Positions 51,910 to 64,000 of a DNA stretch of 64,000 bases are shown in pieces. The first letter of the stretch is position 1. Each line of letters opens with the position of its first letter. The DNA is taken from contig JBFLGF010000143.1 in NCBI GenBank assembly GCA_050230475.1, positions 1 to 64,000 on the forward strand, read 5' to 3'. The DNA comes from Ancylonema sp. Taxonomy: Eukaryota. A program made the translations under genes and the position numbers. The notes under the pieces are model-generated. The model was not told the DNA's origin and did no database searches. It saw nothing but the letters and a program-made list of their open reading frames with translations.

Positions 51910-53736
51910 TGTAGCCGACGCTTGTACACTGGTTTTAATGTGCGCACTGCACAACCGGTCATGTCACCATACACTGGAATTTGTTTAGAACGACCACAGT
52001 ACGGGCTGTCAGTCACATCGTCAGCTTTGATCCTTCCTACATTGGCACTGCATGATGTGCCACACACGTCTTGTTAAAAGCGCAATGACCACGGAATTGG
52101 TTGCATGATAGCACTGTACGTGTCGAGCTGGAGTGTTCTACATGAACGGCCTGAGGCTCTTCCGGCTCTTTCGGCTTTTCATCAATTGTATTTTCTTGTT
52201 GCGAATTGGATGGACACACTTGTATCCAGATGACAGAAACACAAACAGACAGAGTCTGAGCAGAAGGGGCGACGCTAGTCGTTAAATCGAAGTTTGGATA
52301 CATTCCGAGTCCTGCGTACTTCGTCTTAGCAATATTCCACACAACTTGGTGCAAACCAACCCCCAAATTAGTACAACACCGAACGCTCTGTGGACTGTCC
52401 GTGTTGACGATTTCACCCATGATGACGTCATAAAAGTGTTCATTCTTTACTCTGAAAGCGACAACGCCGTACTTATCTCGAATTTCGAGCGAGTGAAATT
52501 CACTTGGGTCGAGTGAAGAAAAATTTCCGAAATATTTTTGGATGCTCATGCTCTCCACGGATCTATTTAATGTCTTTCGAAGTGACCTGATAGCATAACA
52601 GAAATCTGTCGTTCAGAAAAATGTGACTTGTACATGGACTGGCAAGGCCGAAGCCAACCATGTCAGATTTATTTTTATGCTAAATTTCTTGTTCAGAGGA
52701 TGCTAACGTCGGACCCTCGATTCGCAACACAAAAAATATTACTCCATAAGGTCTATTAGTTTGCCTCGCCACAAATTGATTTCTTAAGTTTCGCTCCCCA
52801 TAGAAGATTCGGAAAGTAACAACAACGCACAGCCGCTACTTGTGTTGACATAAACCAAGTAAATATTGTTATTTATGGTAGCAGAGAACATGTGTTGTGG
52901 ATGATTTTTTGTGATGGTGTATTGCTGTGTCAATTGATCATCAATATATATTGCCACATGTCCACGATTCGTGTATTTACGATGAGAAGAGGTTAAACGT
53001 CTTGTCATACTATGATATTTCGTTGCACAACGATTTTCCATGCTGATGGCACAAAATTTAACCAAGTTTGTTAAAGAAATATCAACACTTCATGTTACTT
53101 TGCAAGGGTCACACTCCATACCATTGAGGCAGGGGATGTGTGTGAAGACCAATGGAGAATTTGTGCAGGAGCATATATGTCGTAACGATGTCTAGAGCCA
53201 TTTCCATTACGATTTTTAGGACTTGTGCGATAGCAGTACGGATTCAAACATCAAATTTTTCATGTTTTACAACAAATAGTTTGTATGCTTCTACGAAAGT
53301 TTCGTGCAAAAACCTCCACTCTGGTGTATTTCCAGCTGTCGTTATTTTATGGTGACATCCTTAGTCCCTCCCCTTATGAGTGCCCCGAAGAGCATTGAAA
53401 CCTTTCACTTGATGAAAGCAGAAACAAATGATGAAACAGATGTAAAGCAAACTGCAGCGCACGCACCAGTAGTGCCAAACTTTGTGCTTGTAATTCTATT
53501 CCGGCAATTTTATTTGGTCAATTCTATTATATTAGATACCCACTTATTTGGTACACCTCTTGGTCCTCCTAAATATCACTCAGTTTCATGTCACAAGTCA
53601 TAACACTACACCACCAGAGCCATAAATGATCACCAGTGACTACGAAGCGCTGACATAAATCCACTTATTATACAAAGCAAAACTCAAAAATTTGTCTCCT
53701 CAGATTTAGACACGGTCTCTCCTGTTTTCTCAATCT

Positions 53737-55179
53737 TTAGTGCTGGCTCCACTGAATGCTGTTGATGTCAATGCCCTCTTGTACCATCTCCCACAAAGGA
53801 CTCAGTTCTCGTAGCTTATTCACCTGATTGACAGTAAGCTCCACAGCCCTATCAACTTCCTCTGCTGTAGTAAATCTGCCAATTCCAAATCGAATGGAAG
53901 TGTGTGCCATATCCTCTTCTACCCCTAGTGCCCTAAGAACGTACGAAGGCTCCAGACTTGCACTTGTGCAGGCACTGCCGCTGGACACAGCCACCTCCTT
54001 CAGCCCCATCAGAAGAGACTCGCCCTCAACAAATGCGAATGACAAGTTTACATTTCCAGCATACCGGTGCTCCTCCTTACTACCATTCAGAATTACTCCA
54101 TCCAGCTTCGAGGTAATACCGTCACACAACCGTTTCTGCAGCTTGGCAGCATGCTCCATATCATCCGGTAACTCCCTCTCAGCTATCTCACACGCTGCCC
54201 CGAAACCAACGGCTAACGGAGTTGGAACAGTGTCCCGCTTCTCAGTCCCCTCTCCTGACCGCCCCCACTCATCTGAGGCTCAATTCTCACCCTGGGTCTC
54301 CTGCGAACGTAAAGTGCACCCACGCCTTTGGGACCGTAGATCTTATGTGCACTGATGGACATGAGATCTATTTTCATGTCCTCCACGTCCACAGGTATCT
54401 TCCCAACTGCCTGTGCAGCATCGGTGTGGAAAAATATCTTGCGTTGCCTACACAGCTCTGCAATTTCCTTTACTGGCTGCACCACGCCGATCTCGTTGTT
54501 AACGAGCATGATAGACACCAGCACAGTGTCTTCCCTCAGCTGCCTGCAGCTCCTCTAAATCCACCAGTCCGTCTTGCTTCACGGGAAGGTAAGTAACATC
54601 GAACCCTTCTTGCTGCAGGTAGCGGCATGAGTCCAAAACGCACTTGTGTTCCGTCTGAGTTGTGATAATATGTCTTTTCTTCTCCTTGTAGAAATGAGCA
54701 ACGCCTTTCAGCGATATATTGTTCGACTCTGTAGCCCCAGATGTGAAAATGATCTCCTTAGGATTGGCATTAATTAAAGAGGCAACCTGGGCACGTGCTT
54801 TCTCAACCGCATCCTCACTCTCCCACCCATACATATGCGTGCGAGAGTGAGGATTCCCATACAGATCTATATAGTAAGGCACCATCGAATCCCGAACTCT
54901 GGGGTCCACTGGAGCTGTCGCCTGCATGTCTAGATACAACGGTCTTCCTGGCATGACCACGCCTTTCATGACCACACTAGCCTCTGGAGGCGTAGGAGCT
55001 TCCGCTGTAGCAGCGGCAGAGCTGTAACCTCGAACAGCACCGTGGGATTCAGCAGCATGGTGTGGTATGCTCCTGTGATCTCTTGTGCAACAACGTGGCT
55101 GTATTTGACTGAAGCTACAAAGTTTCGTCACAGTCTTCTTCCTGATAATATAGCCCAAAGCTTTGGAAATTGAGGCCAT
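53737..55179 (-). CDS. NFS1: Mitochondrial cysteine desulfurase, with two frameshifts in this sequence (pseudogene or assembly error)
   Basis: Motifs [64 protein letters not shown] and C-terminal IQWSQH*. Split over three ORFs with breaks near 54538 and 54232. Confidence 0.93.
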
Positions 55180-56089
55180 TTTCTGCAAAACGAGGATGCC
55201 AGAATTATACAGACTACAGAGAAGCAGCTTCAGCAACAATAGTTCGTGGGGACGGTACTTGTAACCGACTGTCTGTGCGGCTCGGGAGATTTTACTACTT
55301 TGATACAAGGTTCTCTATTCGAAGTTTCTGTCTTGCTGACATAAAATCACCTCATTAAAAATGAACAGGTCGCTTGCGTGTACGAATTTATACGGACGTG
55401 CGTACGTATTTGCGTGCATTGATGCATGCACTCGTGCCGCAGGTGGGCGTGTGGATCCGTGTGGATCCGTGTGGATCCGTGGTCGCTGCTGCAGCAATGC
55501 TGCAGAACAAAGTTGTGTCAACCGAAACCCGGACAAAGTTTGCTTCGGTTATCTACCAAGTCATGGATGACGTGAAAGAATGTTCCGCGATTTCACACGT
55601 GTACCATTTCGTTTCACACGTACGATGGACCCCGGTCAATCTCGAATCCGTCCTGGATGATACTTCTAACCGTGTGCGCGTGCGAAATATTGGTGACTGT
55701 AATTGTGGTAACCGCTTATGCTTCTTTTATTGAGGACGTCATCGAAGCTTTTATGGCGTCATTGGGAAAAGAAGGGGGTTCCACGTCTGACGTCATTTCC
55801 TTCCAATGCTAGCGATGCTAGCGATGCTGGTCTGACTGCACCTCCAACCCCATTCTATGCACAAGCTTGGCGTGTCTTAGCAGCGAAGTGGCATAGTCGT
55901 CCTTGTCTGCTCTCCGGTAGCGTGCTGAAACTCTGCAACCCTGTGATAAAAAATTTTGAAGCTTTGTAGTCCCTGTTCACGAAGAAATGTGCGTTACATC
56001 ATTTCTACCAATTCAGAGGAGGGAAATTATCTAAGGTGTGCTGATCGCTGACACAAGTGCGTTCGAGCCACTGTCGCGGGAAGTAGCTC

Positions 56090-57754
56090 ATGGTAAGCTC
56101 ATGGCTTTTCCAGCTAGTGTGCAGTAGGAGACGCGCACACGGGAGGCACTATGCTATTTTATATGATTAACGCAGATATACTGCTGACCTCTTCGTAGGT
56201 TGGAATATTCCAGATCGCTATCTTTTTTATGTGTTCGACCCAGGAGACAGAAGCGATTCTGCTTAGTGTCTTCTACGGGGTGATCATATCAGAATATAAA
56301 GGCAGCTTACCCTCGCTCTCTTGAAACAGCTTATTTTAGCTGACTTCCGTATCTGAGTTGGTGTGTTACTATTGCAATGGAAAAGTTGCATGATTCTATT
56401 ACATCGTGAAACTTTGGTTTAAGTCGGAATTTGAGAGGTGAATGCAGATGCACCCAGCTTCTTCCACATGTAACTGATGCCTGGTCCAAACCCCTGTCCA
56501 TGCAATTCCATTCTATCTATTGTTATTCATCCCGTGTTTGGATTTCTAGTAAAACGTTAACTCGTTCTGCTTTGTATAGAGAGAACGAGGGCCTTTGGTT
56601 TTCTCAAATCCCGGTAGTCGGCGCACACCTTCTTCTCCTTTCTCCTTTCTAATGATTTATCACCAATTCAAATTTGTGCTCTGCTCGCGTTCCATCCCCC
56701 AGGCCACCCCCCTCGTGGCTGGCGTGGCGGTCGCGGCATCTGCTCTCGCTGCCAAATACGGCATTGAAGCTTATCAGGCGTGGCGGTTGCGGCCAGTAGC
56801 AGCTCGGGCTCGGCGCTTTTACGAGGGAGGCTTTCAACCAGCGATGACGAAGCGAGAAGCAGCATTGATTTTGGGGATCAGGTGAGAGCAGCAGCACACT
56901 AAAGTAATCAGACTCCAACAGATCATCGACACCTGTTCTGAAGTTAATAATTGCATCCTGAAAACAACTCGAAGTGTACGATACTATCGTTGCCACCTTG
57001 AGTAGTGATGACATATGCAGCCCTGCAGGGGAGTTTTGATGGTCATCAGACAATAGCATGTGAAGCACTGCACCTTGCTGAAGTGCCTTTGCCGCCTTTT
57101 CTCACATTTTATTTCAATCATACACTCCTCCTATTACATGATGCTGTCCCACACCTAATTGAAGCACCAGATGTGGCGACTATAGGCTTATGATTAGATC
57201 CGAGGACCGTGTCACAGATTCACCCACCCTCACCTATAACACTGTCAAGGAGGTACATGTTTTGTCGTGGAAGGCTATGTGCACTCAGGTAGACATGTGC
57301 AAGCTCAGGCTGTGAGTGGTATTCATAAGTTTTCTGACAGGGTGGGACGGACAGAATTGAGGATGCCCGAAAACCAAAAAATAAATGAATCGAAAATTAT
57401 TGTTTGTAACGCCCACACATGAGTTTCCATCTTCTACGCCCCCCTGAGTGCATGACAAGTTTTAGATTTTCTTACAAGAGGTAAACTTGGGTTGGAGTTG
57501 TTGATAGACTCGAGAAATGAGCACCGCAAGGTACGGACAGGGGCCACATGCCCTAACGTTGACCACGAATGTGATGTGATCTAATTATCATTTGTAGGGA
57601 GAGTGTGGCCATGGATAAGGTTAGAGAAGCGCATCGGAGAGTGATGATTGCGAATCATCCAGATGCGGGAGGAAGTGACTACTTAGCGTCGAAGATAAAC
57701 GAAGCGAAGGATCATCTCATGGGGAATGTGAAAGGGAATCATTCCGCATTTTAG
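56090..57754 (+). CDS. TIM14: Mitochondrial import motor J-protein TIM14/PAM18
   Basis: An ATG-only coding exon (56090-56092, followed by GTAAGC), then 56703-56881 and 57598-57754. Motifs [20 protein letters not shown] and [27 protein letters not shown]. Confidence 0.94.
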
Positions 57755-58315
57755 TATGATATTATTTCTCTCTCCCTTTTTCTCGTGTTGTATACACTCA
57801 TGCTAGCTGGTAGTGATGGTGTTTCAGGTTCGGAAATCTGTACATAGGTCTTTTGTAGATGATGCAACTTTGGTTTAGATGCGGAAAAATAATATTTCCT
57901 GCCCATTATTTTTTGTTCATCTTCATGGACAAGCCTCTCTCTCTCTCTCGACAGCAACACTACTGGCTTATGCACAAGCAATGGAGTCGGTGGTGAGGAC
58001 CTAGTGGTGACCACCACTTATAAAGTTCTGATTGGCATCATTCCTATTATAGAGCGTTGACGAATGAAGCAAATTTGCATTATCGAATATGGTGAGGTCA
58101 AAAGAGTTGATGGCAGTATCGTAAAGTATCGTACTGTACATGGTCTAGTATCTTACTCTACATGCGTACGCACACATTGTACTGCGTGGGGTTCATAGTG
58201 TTACATTGAGTGATTGTGCATTGTGGTACTTCGGTCACTATGGCTTTACATCTCAACCTTAATAATCATACAAAGGTGCCTAAAACACGAGCGTACACTA
58301 AAATGACTTAAGTCT

Positions 58316-61110
58316 TCATTGTAGGGATTGGAATAACTTATCAGCTTTCAAGCGCCAAACGTCCCATATGGGCTCATCGAACAGTACAAAATGAATCTAC
58401 AAACACAAAGCAGGGAGGAGGGTGAGTTGTGAAAGGGAAATCTGAAAAGGGCAAGCCAAAAACTAAAAGCCAGAAAAACATGCATGATGTCAATGGCGAG
58501 GCCGACATAGCATTACCACCATCCGCCATCTCATTCGATGCATCCCTAGACGAGAGGTTGGAGGGAGGCAGTCGTACCTCGTTCAGGTTTCCTCCGTATA
58601 TATGCGCCATAGTAAGTGCTACAAAAGCAGCATCATCAAAGGGGTACCTGCGACAAAGCGACATACTTCGCTTTATGCAACCTACATTAAGGGAGGTCAA
58701 ACATTGATTGAAGGGAAGGATGTGAGCCAATCACTGCCCAGCATTGCATTGCAGTGATGTGTACACTCAAAAATGATAGTTTGACTAAAATGGAAAGGGG
58801 GCACTGCTAGTGTGACTTGTAGTGACTTCATGGATGGCCCCAAATGTTATATTTTGGAGCGTGAAGGCGCTCTCATCTCACCCATAGATGCCGCAAGAGA
58901 GGGCGGGAAAGCAGACATACTTCAGCTTGTTTGCATTGGCAAGGTCCAGACAACTCCTGCAGCATACAAACAGGAGTGACCCAATGACTTTCCACAATAT
59001 TTTAAAAGGCTTAGAATCAGAGTAAGCATTTTGGGTGACTGGATCTGGGGAGGCGGGCGGGCGCACCTGTAAGCTGCGGCCAAGAGTGGGGCAGGATGTG
59101 GGTATTGGGTGTAGATGGGACCCACGGTATGGATGACATGGGCTGCCGGGAGAAGGAACCCCCTGACAGAAAAGGGAAAAAGAAAAAGGATTTCCTCAGA
59201 AAAGCCGCAACGTCACCGGTCACATCCCCAACCAGAACGAGGGCTATGTGAGAAGCAGCATGTCCCTAAGGTTGTGTGAACAGGCACTACTCCGCCTCAG
59301 TACTGTGGTTTTTTCCAGATGCGCAGCTAGAATAGCGACCACCTTCCTCACCGTACCTTTCTTCATTAAGCTTCATTGCCATTGCATCCAGTCCATCTCC
59401 AACACAATTTGATAGATTAGCAAATTTGCTAATTTGCTGAACCTCCTAGACAGCTGTCATCTTGCCCCGGAGGGTAGCGATGTATACCCGGTGATGCGGG
59501 CCTCCCCAGTCGGACATCGCACGCCTTTTCCGACTTGCGGCTCTTTTCGGCAAGCCTCCAGGAGTCCCCTGCCAGCTGCTCTATGGATGGCTGGCCTGCA
59601 ACGAACGCAGAGGCTCTCAACACACAAGAAGGTCGTGACTTTGACCTCACGCCCTTTCGGCCGTACGTGGCATGCACTTTGGTTGCAATGACGATGTGAT
59701 TGTATTGTGTACAGGACTTGAAATTTCGGAACATGGAAAAAATGATGTGATTCGACTCCACACAGGCCCTGCGAAATTGGAATGCAACAGAAATTCAGAC
59801 ATGATTTTTAGCAAACTTTGAGCATTTCATCCCACACTCTCAAGCAGGAGGTGAGCAAGAAGGTTAGAGGTATACCTCCATCCACACCACCTCCTCCAAG
59901 CATTGCTTCATTGGCTGCATTCACCTGAATGCAGCACAAAGCTATGTCTCTTCACATCCTTCTTCAGCAGCACATTCTTACATAAAGACAGGATGGGTGC
60001 ACTACCAAACGACAGAGACGAGGAGACATGGAGGCATGGCGGGTTCATTATGTCCACAAATTTTACTGCCACAGCGGTCAAAGATAGAGACATTCACAGG
60101 TAGGTTGCAGGGGGTGTGGACAAAAATATGGAGGCTCCGGAACACGACCATGCCCAATTCAAGTCTTGGAGGTGAGCTCAGTTGCTCGGTTGCTGAGCTC
60201 ACAATTGCGTCAGAATGGCCATCGATGGACCAAGTGGTAATGTCTCCCTTCGAGAGAATGAGCACACAGTCCCCTCGTAGCCTGTATCGTCCGACAAAGG
60301 GGTCAACAACCCTCGTACGCTTCACACTTTGCAGACCCTCCTCATGCCCCGAATCTGCAGCCGTTGCTCTTCGTCAACATGCTAATTTGCATCCAAGCTT
60401 CTGTGAGACATCTCGATTGCAGATAGAAAGATGCGATTCCATCACCCATGTGGTCGTAACATACCACACATCATCCATGCGAAACAATCCTTGCAGGAAG
60501 GGTATCGCCACAATTCACAAGAGCTGGGCACGTGCGTATCGAGGAACCAAGTGCGCGAGAAGGCGATATGGGCACTTCAGGATGGCCCTGTATGCCATCT
60601 TGCTACGTGAGCAAAGGCGGACTGTGATTTTTGGCACGGTCAACATACCCCTGCCTGATACGAGGGGACAGCTGTTACACTCACCACTTTCTGGTGGGCC
60701 TATCTGTTCAGGAAATTCTTCGGCAATCTCCGTAACCAGATTGTCGTCGGCAATTGCTGTGATGAAACGGAAAGTAATGGATAATTATTCTCTCTTGATT
60801 ATCTCTCCGTCATAAATGTTATCTCTGATTTCTGTGATGATCCACTCGCAGCGATTTTAAGCATTGCAATACACAGGCGCAGAAAGCGCTTACCACAGTC
60901 TTCCACCGGTTCCCATGTCTCCTGATCCATTTTCGTTGCAGAGGCTTCACGCATTCTTAATGGTTTTCGGAGGCTGAAAACCGGAGATACGGAGGCAGCC
61001 CAGTAACCTAGCCCCATTAAAGAGCCCGGCACAATACGCGCTCTGATACTACAACGAGGCGGATTCCCTCGTAACAGATATGTAGTTGATGCCTTCGACA
61101 CCGATAACAT
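58316..61110 (-). CDS. Macro-domain (ADP-ribose binding/hydrolase, MacroD-type) protein with an N-terminal extension
   Basis: Exons encode KGDITTW...DAI|VNAANEAMLGGGGVDG|AIHRAAG...CPTGEARIT|HVIHTVGPIY|FPALSCGIYG|YPFDDAA|IHFVLFDE...Q*. The 5' exons and start codon are tentative. Confidence 0.88.
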
Positions 61111-61231
61111 GCGGAGATATGGCGCTAATATGCCTTCTTGCTTGCTGGCAATTAGGGGAGCAGTAAACACTGCTAAGTGTGCACATGGCAGGAAATGTTA
61201 CTAAGGCCCTAGGAACTAGTCCAGTAAGTCC

Positions 61232-61682
61232 GAATATGTTTTATCGGCGAGCACTTCGAGTATCACTTTGACGCGAGACCCGCAGGTTAACCTCGCGAAG
61301 TGCAGAGTATCACTTCGAGGCGATAAGGCGTATATAATAAAATTGATACCCAATCATAGTCCGTATCACAGCAAGTTTTTTCAGGAGTATCACTCCGAAG
61401 GATCGTCTGCGCGCGAAAAAGACACGTCACGTCACACTCCCTTCGAAAATTGCAGCGACGTCTACACGCGACAAAAATGAAGCAGAAGGCTCCACGCCGA
61501 CAGCAACGAGTGTCACAATTGTGAAACGAGTATCACTTTGTGATACCCAAATCAGAGTTGTGATACGGCGCTCAGAGCGTATCACTTCGCGAAATCTAAA
61601 ACGCCACGATGTGATACCCCGTAAAACTTGAAGGGATACTCAAAATCAGGCGCATCGAAGTGCTCGCCGATAAAACATGCTC
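61232..61682. mobile_element. MITE with a 24-bp perfect terminal inverted repeat, Harbinger-like
   Basis: ATGTTTTATCGGCGAGCACTTCGA at 61236-61259 and its reverse complement at 61655-61678. The right end is ATGCTC followed by TTA. GTATCAC/GTGATAC motifs repeat internally. Confidence 0.8.
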
Positions 61683-63079
61683 TTAAGAGTTTGGTACTCA
61701 ATAATGAGTAGCGTTGTCCACCCCCTGATCATCAACCCGTACGATTGACGCCGTCAAAATCTCCCGAGAACCGAAAGTTGGGAGCGGTTACGCAGAGCGG
61801 GGCATGTACGGTTGCACCTGCTTCAGTGCAGTTCGGAGAACCGGTTCGGTGATTTCCACCTCCATTCCATTTCCATCGCCTACTGCGACTCGAAACATAA
61901 CTGTGCCGGCGCAGGTGTTTATTACGGATTGTGCCCGGCGATCAGGTGGCGGCGCTAGGATGTGTTGATGTTGATGGATAATGGGATATTTGTGTGTAGG
62001 GAAACCGTGCTACGAATCAGCAGCAGTGACGCTCCGGCAGAGTTAGAAAAACTTGAACCAGTTGCATCTGTCGTGCCGTTAAGCATCGTGCCCCATTCAC
62101 ACGTGTAATCCATTCGATATAACGAACATTGTTATAATGAGTATGAATCCCGTGCGAATTATGTGTCGTCCCATCACATGGATTGTTCACATATGGAAGC
62201 ATGACCTAGTCGAGGTCCGCCACACACACGTGCGCGCCAATAAATAACATTGTACAAGCGTCGCGCAAGTCTACCACATGTCAAATATTATTTTCTAGTC
62301 TACCTATGGCAAGGCGTTGCCGTTGGTCTGAACGTAGAGTGTTCGAAACTTATGAAAGGTGTGAGATTGCAATGCACGATCAAACGAGATCTGAAATGAA
62401 TTCTCACACAATTGCAAGGAGTATTGGTAACAAGATAGTATATTTAATGGAAGATGGTATTGAATTACATAGCGGTTCCCGAGGAGTGATAAGACCGATT
62501 AAAGGTCTGATCACTCATGTTACAAAATTTATAGAACTCAGCCTAGCACACTGCGCTAGTTACAAGGAAGCTACCATTCCTGCTGTATCGACTTACAGTG
62601 CCGGCTCGGCGGTTCTCGCTAGCCGACTTACTAGTTTATCCAATCATAAACTAGCACACTAGGACAAATGGTGCATCATGCTACACTCGAGCAGATGTTA
62701 AACTAAGATATGGTAGTAGTGTCGTATGCACAGTGCTACTGACCAGGATCCGCATAAGTCACAAAATGCCCCTCCACGCCTTGTCGCCTTCCCGCAACTT
62801 AGATGCTAACTTACGGCGCCTTTAACGCGGTGCGAAGAGTGCTAGTCGCTGACGGAGGAACTTGTACGCTGAGCAGACAGTGGCCTGATAACGCAGCTGT
62901 CAGTACAGTCCGTCCTTGGTGCCGCCAAATGTGCCGTAGGTGGCGGAGCAATTATATCGTTCGGTCTAACTAAGGCCTTAGATCCCTTCACTAATGACAA
63001 ATCCGTCCAAGGGACACGTGTCACTTCGAACATTTCGATAAATAACCACGCGCATACGTATTCCGAATTTTAAATATAG

Positions 63080-63337
63080 TCGGGAATATCCGTACCCGTG
63101 TTACCTCACCGAATAAGCACATTCGCCATACAAGCACTTCCACCTAATAAGCGTTTGTCAGCGTTATAAGTAGCACGGAGCATATAGGCACACTTCACCG
63201 TTTAGGCGTATTCACTCTATAGGTACTCTCACCGTATAGGCACACTTCTAGTAAAGGCATTCTCACTCTATAGGCGCTTCTTACCGTATAAGCGTTAATC
63301 CTCGTTATAAAGGCACACGATCTAATATTGTCCGACA
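63080..63337. repeat. Inverted homolog of the 31148-31305 repeat array
   Basis: Units like TCACCGTATAGGCAC plus a shared flank. Confidence 0.65.
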
Positions 63338-64000
63338 CAACCAACTTGCAACCTTGACACACCCTTGCATTAAACTCTGCGACGTTGACGAGACTGTCGA
63401 GCACAAACTCACTACATACCGTGACTAAGTGTTCATATTTTGTGTCACGTACATTCATCCATGTACTACCATGTACAAGCCCAAGAGATTAAAGATGTTG
63501 TTGATATCTAAAATGGAATGGCATAATGCCTCCTACCTAGAACGATGCAGAAGTCAGTCTCGAATGCGGTACGAAATTACAGGAACTTGTTTTATCGCAT
63601 TTCCAAAATGCGGCTACAGTGCTTTTGCTGCTCGCTACAGATCGAAAGATGAGTGTTGCTCTCGGGTAGAACGACCTCTTTGCAAACTTGTCTATCAAAA
63701 TGGAAGTAAAATGTCGGAAAAAGAACTTGAGCACGCGGGTTGGGGATACATCCCACTCCGATAGTCTGTTTACCTGGAGAATATGGTCAAAGGGGAAGTC
63801 GGAGATACAAGTCTGTTCCAAGGTTTAAACCTTCTCTACCATGTCTGCCTCAACGATCGAGCAGGTGTCGGGCTTGCATCTTTAAAAAGATCCGAACCCA
63901 AAGGAGTCGTCTTCAGAGTGTATCTCAGTTTCAACCGGAGGGGAATCGAACGATTCATAATCAACACGGATAAACTACTCTCTCGGTTCATGGTACCATT

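Noticed and set aside
52037..52558. 173-aa minus ORF as a possible 5' exon of the 3D-domain gene
   Set aside because: The donor I could find gives the wrong phase for the acceptor near 51947, and the peptide has no recognisable motif. It remains unresolved without cDNA.

Overview
Eukaryotic nuclear DNA from a green plant. The genes have GT-AG introns and plant-specific families (TRM/LONGIFOLIA, Mn-CDF/MTP, VTC1-type GDP-mannose pyrophosphorylase). The compact genes suggest a bryophyte such as a hornwort or moss, which is an inference. The first 13 kb is mostly transposon debris (copia LTR/PBS/gag remnant, a hAT element with an 8-bp TSD, a Harbinger-like MITE) around a DnaJ-like zinc-finger gene. 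The rest holds about 11 genes or gene fragments: a WD40 protein, a putative mitoribosomal protein, an MCRS1 fragment, TRM, MTP, an HDHD3-like HAD hydrolase, two head-to-head GMP/VTC1 paralogs, NFS1, TIM14/PAM18 and a macro-domain protein. The most unusual feature is a 6-exon gene (49980-51909, minus) that splices into a 210-aa protein resembling a bacterial 3D-domain (Asp-Asp-Asp, MltA/YuiC-like) peptidoglycan enzyme. Its adjacent tandem duplicate precisely lacks two introns but keeps a third. The 20-51 kb interval holds five local duplications, including an apparent gene-conversion tract between the inverted GMP paralogs. Exon coordinates were read by eye and are unverified by transcripts.
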